Origin: Camelus ferus
Lineage: Eukaryota
Length of the DNA stretch: 64,000 nt
Assembly: GCF_009834535.1 (NCBI RefSeq)
Contig: NC_045716.1
Location: forward strand, 28,458,001-28,522,000
Direction: 5' to 3'
The translations under genes were made by a program, and so were the position numbers. Shown here one piece after another: positions 47,501 through 59,500 of the stretch. Position 1 is the stretch's first letter; every line of letters begins with the position of its first letter. The notes beneath the pieces were generated by a model. That model made no database searches, was not told the origin of the DNA, and saw only the letters and a list, made by a program, of their open reading frames with translations.

Positions 47501-50500
47501 CTCCGGGCCTCTCTGGGCTGCTTTTGATTCTTTTTGTGAGTCTAACATTGTTTTAAAAGGAAAAAAATGAAGTTTTCATTTGAGGTCAAGGTGGAGGGAT
47601 GGGTACAGTGTTTTTTCTTTTTAAAATTGACTTGTTTTGTGTGTTTTTACAAGAAGAGCAGTGCCCGTGAACTCAGCTGCAGTGTTTAGTTCTGGGGTCT
47701 TGATCACTAGAGGAGCCTCAGTCTTTGCAAAATGGACATCACTGGTTCCACTGGTTTTCACAGCTGGCGTGGGGACGTTCATTTTGTCTTGAAGTCATAG
47801 TCCTTGATCACTCCTTTTCTCATCCACCTCGTAGGGCAACCTGCAGATCCACCACGTGGGACAGGATGGTCAGGTAGGTGCTCCCCAGGGCCCCGAGGCC
47901 TGGCGTCACCGCGGGGAGGGAGCGGGACTGGGAGGTGGTGCAGCATCCGCCCCGGGAAGCACCACTTTTCTCCTGGGGCCTCAGGGGCCCTGGAGGACTG
48001 GGCGTGGACGGCAGGGCTCCGGGCTGCTGTGCAGCCGTGTGCTAGGGTGAGGTAGGTCTTGTTCGCGTACGTCACTGTCACACTGCAACCACTGCCCTCT
48101 TTTCTGGTCTGATCAAAAAGAGTAACGGAAACCCTCACGGAGCTCGCCTGTGTGAATCGTCTGCAAAGTGAAGCCCTGACCGAGGCATTCTCGGGAGTGA
48201 TCTGCTTTCTCAGATGGAGTGAAACTGCTGATGACCTCGAGGATTTATGTTTCCGTGTCCTCTTGAAGGGTTTCTGTTAAAGAGATGTTTGTGACCTCTG
48301 AGTAATTAGGGAAGAGATGCTGGAGGGTCTTCCTTTTTGGTAAAGCTAACTTACGAACCATAAACATGGAGCTCGCTTACTCTCAAGACACTAGCACTCC
48401 TTGTTCGCAGAACTGGTGCGCGCCCCGTGTCCTCGACGAGGGCCTGTCTGCCTCAAGCGGGCTGTGTCCCTGGGCGCAGAGCTGAAGCATGGCCGCGCCC
48501 CGTATCTCCTTCTGAGCCCTCGGAGCGCCTTGGGGCCAGCGCGACCTTCATTTAAGTTGAAGTTTCTTAGTTTGAAAGTTTCGTCTACGTACACATGAGG
48601 TCTTAATCAGAGTCCTGAAGCAGAATTAATACCTAACAAGAACGTAGCTGCCTCGGAAAGGAGCCAGACAGCCAAAGAAATGCGTCATTTAGAAGACGCA
48701 CCCTGCTCTCTCTCGCTGGGCCGCCTCCGTGGGAGGGTGTTGCTGGAGGCCATCTCGCAGGTTTTCTGTCTCCGGGCAGGAGGGGCAGGGTCGTGTCAGC
48801 CGTTCATCTCTTTGTTTCTGACGGTTTGGTGGTTTGTGTTTCTACTGGGAGTGAGATTTTACCCTCAGTGTCAGATGTCGCTGGACTTTGATTCAGGAGA
48901 AAAGGACGTGTGTTACTTTGATTTTCCCTTTGTTTCTGTCGCTGTGCTGGAGAAAAATTCCACTTGGGATTTTTGAAATATAATCGGGTCTGTATATTAC
49001 ATTAGTTTTGTGTTCTGTGTCTGATCACAGGCACCTCATCCCAGAGAAGCCGGCCCACGTGGGCCGGTGGGGCAGGAGCGCGAGCTCCAGCCCCCGTGCC
49101 AGCTCAGCAGGGACCCCGGAAGCCCCCAGGCCAGAGCCTGCTCCGCGCTCCCCGCCCCTCCCCCCCACTGACAGCCCTCCGGCCCCAGGGCCTGTTCCCC
49201 CCAACCCCCGCCTGCCCCAGGCCTCACCCCCCTCGCTCCCGCCCCTTTCTCAGCTGCCTCAGCACAGAATACGTGCGTCTCCCCTCTGGGCGCCTTCTGT
49301 CCCCTGAGTGGGAACTCACTGACCACTGGCTGATTTTGGCTGTAGGATCTCACGCTGCCTGCCTGCCGCCGCCGCCGGGTCCCCCCTGCCGGCCCCCTGG
49401 GGGCTCCTGTCAGAGACGGGGCTCAGGTGAAGGCTCAGGTGAAGGCGGGACTCGCAGGGAGTTTCCATCCCTAAAGGAAACTCTGCTTTCAGATTTAAAG
49501 CAGCAGTATGTCTTCCGAGGAAACTGCTTTCTCCTGGTAAATCTGTTTAGCTCATCTTTTCTTATTTCCCATTTGTGGAAATTCTTCTCTCTTCTTTTGC
49601 CTGTCCTATTTCCTGTTAAGTTAGCCTGCTCATAACAGCTTCATTTTCTAAGTTGACCCAATGTTTGCAAGACAGAATGATGTTGCACCAGACACAGGAC
49701 CCCCAGTGGCCTCGATGTCCCTGCAGAGCAGACGGAGAGCATCGCGGGGCTGGAATGGGAGCCTCCCACCCCTGTCTCTCTTGGCCTATGAGAGGATGTG
49801 CCCAAAGGCTCCCACCCCTCGGGCCAGACGTGGCCTCCATCTTCCCGGCAGGACGGTTGCAGTGCAGGTGGGGGAAGAGGTGCCCATGGCCTCCTCGACT
49901 CTGGGGCAGAGGGGCCCCTGAGTTAGCAAGGCCTGCGGAGAAGCTGGGGTGTCACTGCTCTCTGAATTCAGCCCCCCACCCGCTGTCTCATCAGCTTCAT
50001 GTTGATTCCCGGTCTGCAGGGTTCAGCGTTACTAAGGATGGTCACACGGCTGTGCCACTGTCTCCCTGCTCAGTGTCTCTGTGAGCAAACGGGCTGGTGT
50101 GGGGTGGGGTGCCTCCACAGGTAGTCCAGGGGCTTGTGGAGTCTGAATGGAGAACGGGCCTTAAGGAGGAAATCTGGTCAGCAGCAGGGAGACCTGGGAC
50201 TCCCAGCAGAGGTGGCCTGTCCCAATTGGGAATCACAGAATGAGAGCGGGACGTTCAGACAGGGGTGTGTAAACGTGCCAGGTGTGTACGGTGCGTTCTC
50301 GTCTGAGGGTTTCAGTTTTCCAAGGTGGTGTTCAGTGTGGTGCAGGTTTTAATTTGGCATGCGTTCCCAGAAGTGTCTGAAGAATGAAGACAGAAGGCCC
50401 TCCAGTATTGAGAGCCATGGGATTGCATTCTGCAGGGATGGAGGAGCTGACTTGGGGTGCGTGTCAAGTGAGACGTGATGGCCTTTCCTGTGAGGCCACG

Positions 50501-53500
50501 GGGACTCACCCATGGGTGATGTGGCTCTCAGGCGGGAGGCCCCTGGGGTGTGGCCACCCTGCCTACTGCCTGGGCCTCTGCTCTGGGCATCACCCTGCTC
50601 CTTGCCGTGGGGCTGTGGACCGGGGTCGCCTGGCCCTGAGCTGCCCCACGTGCAGTCAGTGTGCGGGGCAGACGCCACCCGGCTGGCGAGCATGAGGCTG
50701 TGTGTGTGGCTGGATGGCGGCTGTGTCCGCGGGGAGAAGAAGACCAGGTCCCTCCCCACTCGGGGACGTGGGCCACAGCCACGCACGGAGCCGGCAGGGA
50801 CTCGGCGTCCCTTTCTGGAGCCAGACGTGCACTCACTCCCACGTCCTGGCCCCTCCTGTGGTGTTTCCTTTGAGGACATGAGATGCGTTCAGGGACCAGG
50901 TGAGGTAACTCCCGTTTCCACGCGTGGACAGTGGGCGCCAGCTCTTCTGGGCTCGTGCGGGGATGTCAAGTCCACATGGATGCAGACCCCGACTCTCACT
51001 GACTCCTGAAGCCCTAGGACCGCATCCTTACTGCTGATGTCACCCACAGGGCTGCACAGCCACTGTCACCTCCACTCACGTCACCGCCACTGCCGCCATC
51101 ACCACCAAGGGATCAGGTTTTGGTTTTCGGGAGCTGTGCTCCACCCCGTGCTCTGCCGTTTTCTGTGGGGACTGCAGTGGCGTGCCCCTCTGCCCAGCTC
51201 GTAGGAGGCTTTGCTGGGGGGAAGGTAACCAGCTGGGAAGTGTGTGAGGAGAGCAGGGCCGGGTCTGTGGGCTGCTGCTTGCCCGTTGCCCTGTGCCCCG
51301 GAGGCACCGGGGCTGGCATGGAGCCGGGGGTGCCCAGGCCCGGCCAAGCGGGTGTGGTGAGGTGTCAGGCTCGCCGGGCACCTCTCTGTCACAAGGCAGT
51401 GTCATATCTGTTGGAACTTTCAAATCTGGGTCAATTTTTTCCTCTGTATTTGGGAGATTTGCAGCCATGTGGGAAATCTTTAAAGACTGGAGCTTTAGTC
51501 ATGCTGTTTATTCTGTGGATCTGGAAACTGCTTAGTACTGTTTCAACTAGACGAGCATTTTGGTAGATTTTTATTTTTATTTCTTTACAGCTGTAGCTAA
51601 TGTTATCTAAGATGTGTCTGGAAAATGGCAGGACACTCGGAACCCTGGGAGGTGTGTGTTCTGGTAAAGCTCGTCTCTGTGATGACGAGTGTACCGGGTG
51701 CGCACACTCACGCACGCATACACGCACACACACGCTTCGCGGGTATTAAACAAAGGCAGCCTGGTGACACATCCAGGTCACTGTCTTCTTGCACTTGAGG
51801 TAACTTCCCTGAGACTGTCAGCGTGTGACTGAGCAGCTTTGGCATTCTTGAGACTTCTGAACCTCTCTCCACTTCTTTGGCAGTTGTGTCTTTCCTTATA
51901 CTTTGCTTAAAAGTAAATTTCAGTAGCTTACAGAATTTTTTCCATAAAATGAGGCTTATAAACCCAGCTGGAAAAAAGATTAGAAGAGGTGGGGAGTACC
52001 CAACATTTTACGTGCAGGAGTGTTTTGGTGAGGATGAGAAGAAGAGCGTGTATAGTGTGCGTATGTGATGTGTGCGCGCGTGTGTGTGGTGTCCGTGGTG
52101 TGCGCGTGCGGGTGGTGTGTAGGGTGCCTTTATCGGTAGCAGCGGAGCGGTCTCTGCCGCTCCCAGGGGCCCTAGTCCACTTTGGATGGTGTGTCACACC
52201 CGGAGAGCAATCTCAGCCTTGTGTCACTAAAATTCTCATAAAAATGTTCCCTTCAAGAAAATGTGTTCCCACATCGCACGCCAGAACACAGAGGTCTTGG
52301 AGAACCTGGGGAGCTCAGGGGGTTAATCCCTTGTGGGAAAGCCTTCTCTACCAGAAATGGTGGAAAATACCATTTAAGCCATGAAAGCTCAGCCGTGGGT
52401 AAGTTTGGTGTTGGGTAGTTCCACACAATAGCCTAGGAAAGTCACACAAGCCACCGTGTGTCCCCTGCCACCTGGCGGAGGCGGCTGAGCTTGGGGCCCG
52501 GCATCCCTGCCGCTGACTCTGGGCCCCGCAGGGCGGGCTGGATGGGGGCGGGCACCGGCCTTGGGCCCGTGGGCAGCGAGGAAGGCAGATGCAGGCGTGG
52601 TGGATGAGAACCAGCTGACGACCCTGGCGTGCTCCTCCAGGCCTGTCCTTTGTCCCTGGAGCTGGGACGGACGAGACTGTTTCAGGTGGGACAAGGCCAG
52701 GAGAAGGCTGGACAGAGGTTCGGGCTGGGGAAGATGTGATGGTGGTTTTCAGAAGCTGGGCGATGTGGCGGCCCCTGCGGGCACGTTTCCAGGGTTTTAA
52801 GTTGCTGGAATGACGAGGGCTCTGAAGGCTCGTTAGCTGAGGCTGAAGCACTCTTCTAATCGAACCCCAAAGACTCTTCCCCTTGCCTTGGATACGTTCC
52901 GTGGCCCTGAGCCCCTTGCCTCCAGACAGTCAAGGAGGAGTGACAGAGAATCACTTTTAAAATTCCAGAATCGTTTTTCATCAATTTCGTCATTTTCAAA
53001 TACATGTTTACAAGGGTGAATTAAAAAGCTTTAATACTACTAGATCGGAACTTGGCTCCTTTCTGGCCTCGCGGCACCTGGTGGAGTACCAGCGCGCAGT
53101 GCTCAGCCCCTGCTTGTTGACGAGGGGGTGCGATGGTGAGTGCCCCAAGTTAGCACTCAGTCAGTTGTCAGCACACGGGTTAATTGGAGGCATTCTGAAA
53201 CAGTCTTTTACCTTTAAGCCTTTTAGAATGTAGCATATGGTCGCTGGTAACTTTAATCGTGAGTAATAACCTGGAAGTGTAGGTGACTTGCATGAAGCTC
53301 ACAGCCGGAGAAGCTGAAAGGGTGATGCTTCTGGCTAATCACCGGTTTCCTTCTGGCGAGGTCCAAGCTGTAGAACTTCTTCTGCGTGAGGAAGGTTTAG
53401 TGGTTTCTCTGGGTTTCCCAAAGCTTTTCCTCACTGCCCGTTTTCTGAGACGGGCCTGCGTGCAGAGGGGCAGCTGCCCCGCGAGCGGTTGGGGCGGGGA

Positions 53501-56500
53501 CCCCGTCTGGTGCTCGGCCAGTGTCCGTGGCGTTGGGGTGCCAGCACACGGTGGCTCCGTCTGAGCAGCTGCTGAAAGGAGGGCCCCCACTCCTGCTCCA
53601 GGAACTTGCTTTCTGAGCTTCTGACTGCGGAGGAGGGTGGGTGGTAGGTGACCCTCCAATGGGGCTGCCCCTTGAAGGCTGGCTGTGTTTCCAGTGGTTC
53701 GCTTGTCTGAGTCAGAGAGCGGAGCTGGAAGAGACCCACGGGGACGAGGCAGCTCCCTCCTGTCCTGCCCAGGCCCCAGCTTCCCCAGCAAACTGTGGGG
53801 GCTCGTTCCAGAGGGGAGGTGTCTGAGTTCAGACAGGGGAGTCCGGGCCGGGAGGGGGCCGTAGTTTGCACTGAGCTGGCCCCTGTGCTGCAGGGCTGCA
53901 GGGCCAGGGCTTCCAGGAGGACGTAGTCAGCAGCACTGGACGGGGAGGACAGGGCCGTCCAGTCCAGGGGCGGGAGGCACGAGCAGCGGGGCTGTAGGCT
54001 CTGAGCTGGGTTCTGATGGACAAGGGGCCCAGCGAGCCCTCCAGCCACTCAGCCAGGGTTACTGCAGAAGAAGACGTTCAAGCTTAGGATCACATCCCAT
54101 TTGTTCTTTCTCCCTTTGAAAGTGAACCTGGGAGTGACTCTGAACTTGATTGTGTGTTTACAGGGCAGGACACACTTGCACGGCAGCCTGGTTGTCGTGT
54201 TCACACGAGAGCTCTCTCGGTTGCGTCCCCTCTGTGTTCCCTCGCCCACCGGCTGTGGCGGGTTTGGACGGCAGGTGCCGTGGGGGCGGGAGCCCTGAGC
54301 TCTGGGTCCTCATGTCCCGCCCGGAGGCTCCTTCTCCCAGGGAGCACCTGCAGGACGTGACCCCGGGGGAGGTGGCCCAAGGGGTGCACATTCAGGGTCC
54401 TGCAGGACTCGTGTGGCCTCTGCGGGTGCACTTGCGCCGGGGCCCTCTGTCTGCCCGTCACTGTCCGCACTCAGGCTTGTGGGTGAGGGTCTGAGGACAG
54501 TGCCCCCACCGTGCGGGCAGTTGGTTGACGTTAGCGTCTTCCAGAGGACACAGATGTTAATGGAGCAGGCCTGATGAAAGCTTCCTACGGAGTTGAACTC
54601 GGTAGGAAAATTGTGTCACGTCTTCCTGGAAGTTCTTTCTTTTGTCCCATCCCAGTGATCACGGTTGTAATTTCCCTGGTTCTGTGCCAAGAGTTTTCCA
54701 AATTAAACAGAGAATGATGGGGCAGTGTGCATCGTCGGGGGACAGTGGGGGAGCCTTCTCTGTCCTCCTCCGGCCGCCGGCCGCTGTGCATCCTCTGGCC
54801 GGACGGCAGTGCAGTGAGGGGATGGCCCACCTACAGGCGTGATGAAAACCTTTCTGTTCTTCCTGCTCTGGATCCCCATGCCCTGCCCACCCCACCTGCC
54901 CTTCTAGAAGCCAGAGGCCCGGATCCACGGGACAGCGCAGGGCCCTGGATTTGACTTGGGCTGCGTTAGTCAGCTTCTCCCCTCCTCTCCCCTCCCAGGG
55001 ACGGGAAGGTCTTGAGACACATGGTTAAGATTTGTTCCCAGGAATGCCGCCCTCTCTGGAATGATGGGCTGGACACCACGCATCTCCAGACTTCCGGTTT
55101 TGCCTTGTATTTTAGGCTTTGTTTTGCTTTCTCCCCGATTGAGTTTGCGGTTCACGCCCCGATGCTGGGAGGCGCCCCAGAGCGCACGGCAGAAGCAGCT
55201 TTCCCTGCCGCCTGCCCGCGGCGTCTGCACAGGCCAGGCCGCGGTGCCTGGGTCGTCTCCCGTGGCTCTGAGCTGTAAATCTGTCTCCCTTCTCCTGTCG
55301 GGGCGTGCAAGCTTGCCGGCCTGGGCTGTGGGGTGCTTCTGTGAAACTCTGCATCAGTTGCTGGAGCCCTGAGGCCTGTGACAGGTGTCCAAGCTGGGCC
55401 TCGCCTTTCGGGCTCGAGGATCACCCCAGGGGCTCTGTTCTGTTCTGCTCCTCGCTTGCCTGTGGGTTTCTGGCCAGTTGTGCTCATGGCTGACCGGCTG
55501 CTCGTGGGCAGAACTCAAAGCTGGATCCGGAAAGGTGAATTACTGTGCATGGTTGGGTTTAGAGGTTTAAGCACGATTATTTGTTTCTGGCATTTGCTGT
55601 ACAAACATATGAAAAAGATTCCAGGCCACTGTTTGGGGGCGTCTTCCTCTCAACTCCTCTTCCTTCTGCCGCAGGGAGTTAGCATCCAGGTCTGGGAAAG
55701 TCCCCTGGCTGAGTTGACTACATTGCCTTAACCCACCGGGTTCAGACAGAAGAGCAGAAACGGGTCAGAGACCTTGGCTTCTGCAGGAAGCCTCGAGATG
55801 AGCGGTCTCGCCCTGCTCGAGGCCGCACTCACGGTTACGCTGTGTCAGAAGCCTGTCCTGTGAGAGCACGAGGGGTGGTTGTTGTTTTTTTCAAGTTCGT
55901 GTGTGTGTTTGTCTGGGTGGATTCTTGGTTGGATCCAGAATTTTGTTTCTAAATGTGACTGAAAAGTCCTCGGGCTCCTTGCATTTATTTTAGGTTTTGC
56001 ACCAGGTTTGCATTATCTCAGTTGGGTTTTTAACAGAGTTTCAAAATTGGCAGAGCGTGAGAAAAAGCAGGCGTGGGCACGCCAGGAGAGCCAGGCAGGC
56101 GTGGGCACGCCGGGAGAGCCAGGCAGGCGTGGGCACGCCGGGAGAGCCAGGCAGGCGTGGGCACGCCGGGAGAGCCAGGCAGGCGTGGGCACGCCGGGAG
56201 AGCCAGGCAGGCGTGGGCACGCCGGGAGAGCCAGGCAGGCGTGGGCACGCCGGGAGAGCCAGGCAGGCGTGGGCACGCCGGGAGAGCCAGGCAGGCGTGG
56301 GCACGCCGGGAGAGCCAGGCAGGCGTGGGCACGCCGGGAGAGCCAGGCAGGCGTGGGCACGCCGGGAGAGCCAGGCAGGCGTGGGCACGCCGGGAGAGCC
56401 AGGCAGGCGTGGGCACGCCGGGAGAGCCAGGCAGGCGTGGGCACGCCGGGAGAGCCAGGCAGGCGTGGGCACGCCGGGAGAGCCAGGCAGGCGTGGGCAC

Positions 56501-59500
56501 GCCGGGAGAGCCAGGCAGGCGTGGGCACGCCAGGGGAGCCAGGCAGGCGTGGGCACGCCGGGAGAGCCAGGCAGGCGTGGGCACGCCGGGAGAGCCAGCG
56601 CTTTGAGACCCAGGGCCCCCCTCGTCTGCTGCTTCGCCTTTGTAGCCTCGGCCGTCCCCCCGGCGGAGGTGACGGGCTCCGTTCAGACAAGTACAGGGGC
56701 AGCACGGCCGCACCAGCACCTCCCCAGCGAGGGCTGCCCTGAGGGGCTCCCACACCACATTGAGCCCGGGCAGCTGTAGCGGGAAGCCTGGAGGTGCTGC
56801 TTCTGGCCACCATCCTGGGCGCTCACGCGTTCCAGTTAGAGAGCCTGTTTGGAAGAGCTGGGAACACGCAGTGAGCAGGAAGGAGGCAGGAGCTGCGTCC
56901 TCACTGCGGGCTAGTCCAGGTGAGCTGTGCCCGCCCGTCCTGCAGGAGACCCTGGTGGTCTTACAGCTGCCCCGTCATCCTGCCGGGGCGAGGGTCATCC
57001 TGCTGGAGCGAGGATTGCCCGTGTGGGTGTCCAGTGGGTTTGTCACCTCGGGTGCCACACTGATCCAGGAGACAGAGCGCGTGGCCTCCCCTTGGCTTAT
57101 TGCCAGTGGGAGGTCGGGTCCAGGTCAGCACCTTCCGTCTCACCACCCATGTGTCAGTTCAGCCCAAGGCCTGCAGGCGGGCGCGAGGGCAGGGCAGCCT
57201 GAGAGTCAGCTGCCAGGTCCCGGGCCCACTGCGTGCCTTCCACCTTCCCTACCCAGTCTCCTAGCAGCCGTCGGGCCACGTTGCTGCCTGACACAAGCTC
57301 TCACCTGATGCACGGGCCCTGAGAATACGCCGCTCCTGATGTGGTTAAGAACTTCCTGCCATCTTTTATTCTGAAAATTGAATTTACGTTTTTTCCACTT
57401 TCGCTCATCACAAACTGGATGCTGTCTCAAACCACAGACTGTTTTTATCCAGACTGCCATGGCGTGTGCCCCACCCGCCCTCCCGGGAGTGGGCAGCCCC
57501 TCCTCCCTGCAAGCATCTGCCCTCTTCCTCAGCTCTGACCACCATAGTGGGAGGCCGGCTTCCGGCAGGCGACCCTGGGAGGTGGGCCCGTGGGCGTGTA
57601 ATCTGAGGCGGTCTAGGTACAAAGCCCCCATCCCACGAATGCAGAGCTTGGACCCCTGGCCCCTTCTGCCTGTGGGGCATCAAGGCGCCTGCCCGCCTGC
57701 CCAGTGCTGCAGCACCAGGTGGGCCGAGCGGGTGTGGGCTTGGGCAGGGGTGCTCGTGAGTGTTGGGGTCACCCAGAGTTCATCCCAGGGACCTCGTCTG
57801 TCCGCCTCCTCTGGGCACAACCCACGCAGGGTCCCTGGTGCGTGGGACGGGGGTCCGTGATCCGTCTCCTTGGAGGTCTGTGGGATCCTCCCGCCGGGAT
57901 CGCGGCTTTACCCTCCAGTCTGTGGCTCCTCCGCCCAGAGCCCTTAGCCCCCTGGAGCCTGGGAGCTGGTGGCGCACGGATCTGCTGGGCTCCTCCCGCT
58001 CAGCACTGGTCCCCTCTGGGGGCTGCCGCTTCTCCCCGACTCTCAGTTGCTGCGGGCGCCCTGCTCCCCGGAGGGCTGGGTGAAGGCGTCTTGCCCGCAG
58101 GTGGAGGACATGCGCCGTCTCCCCGTCCTCCCAGCCGCCCTCAGGGGTCTCCTTCCCACAAGCCTGAGACGGCGTTGATCCCGGGAGGGTCTTCCCGTAC
58201 TGTGCTTGCCGGTCAGTCTGAGACCTGCCCTCAGCCTGGTCCCTGTGTTCACTTTTTGGAAACTGGAGCTGATTGGGTTTCTCTCCCCTGAGGCTTAACA
58301 GCTGTTCCTTCTGCCCAGCTTGAGGCCATTGGAGGGAGGTGACTTGCAAAGTGGAACTGCCCCCCCCCCCCACTGTACTCACACATGCTCCTGTGCACCT
58401 CTCACCACGCTCGCCAGGAAGACGCTTCTCCCTGGGGTCGGGGCTGGCGGTGCTGACCTCCGCCCGGAGCTATCTGCGCTGAAGGTGGTCTGCTTTGTGT
58501 GTGCAGGTGCTGCAGGGGGCCCAGCTGATCGCCGTGGCTTCTTCAGACCCTGCTGCCACAGGCGTGGACGGCTCTCCCCTCCAGGGCAGTGACATCCAGG
58601 TCCAGTACGTCCAGCTGGCGCCAGTGACTGACCACACCACGGCGGCTCAGGTGGGTCTCTCCTTGGGAAGTGGGCACCCCGGGCGTGGATGGGACCTGGG
58701 GCTTTACAGGTTTGAGCACACGTGGGCGTCTCTACCTCTGACCTTCTCCCACGAGGGAGGTTCATCTGGGAGGGGCGCGTGGTTTGGACACCGGGGCTTG
58801 TCTGCGTCTCTGTCTCTCCTAAGTGCCTGAAAGTGTGAAGGGGGGACGTTTTCTGGCCCAGATACCAGCCTTACCTGCTTGTGGAGATACTCTGTCTCAT
58901 GCAAATGTTTACCTATAAACTTAGAGGCAAGAATTAAGTTCTTCCCTGACCCCCACCAGAGCAAAGGGGCCCCGTGTACCTGCGACCTCGCTGTGTTCTG
59001 AGTGGGGGGCCCGGGTGAGCGCCTGCAGCACTCTCTGCGGCCCCCGCCCTTTCCTCGGTGGTGGTGGGAACACAGGTGGCCCCACCACTGTGGCCCCCGG
59101 GGCACCACTGGCAGGTCTCCTGTGGGAGCGCCACCCTGAGGCCTGACTTGCCCGCAGTCAGTCCGCACTGGACAGCCCATCTGCCTCCCCGCGGAGCCCC
59201 TGTTCCAGCCGTGCCTGCCCCCCCACAGTGCTCCCCCCGCTCACCACCCGTGGTCCCCGCTTTCCCAGGAGTGCTGGAAACCCAGCCCAGGCTCCGTTTG
59301 GACACTTTCTGAAGCGTCAGGTGGGAGGGCTGCTGCAATAGACGTTTGACACGTCTGCAGAGCTGCCCCCACCCCGTGTGCCTGGTCGGGCGGCACCGTG
59401 GCCCCCGGGTCTGGGGGCCGGCATGGTTCTGTCTGGGTGGTGGATTGAGTTTAAAACGGGCAGTCCTAAAGTCAGGGCGTGTCCCTGTTTTCATGAGAAT

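Noticed and set aside
55997-56813. Six long ORFs (171-266 aa) over the 28-bp repeat; possible CRISPR-like palindromic array
   Set aside because: The ORFs exist only because the unit lacks stop codons on both strands. Repeats are directly adjacent with no unique spacers, there are no cas genes, and the context is eukaryotic.
56930-57130. Exon-like open frame ETLVVLQLPRH... in intron 11
   Set aside because: The only donor (CAG|GTCAGC) is weak and out of phase, and there is no similarity to recalled human or mouse alternative exons.
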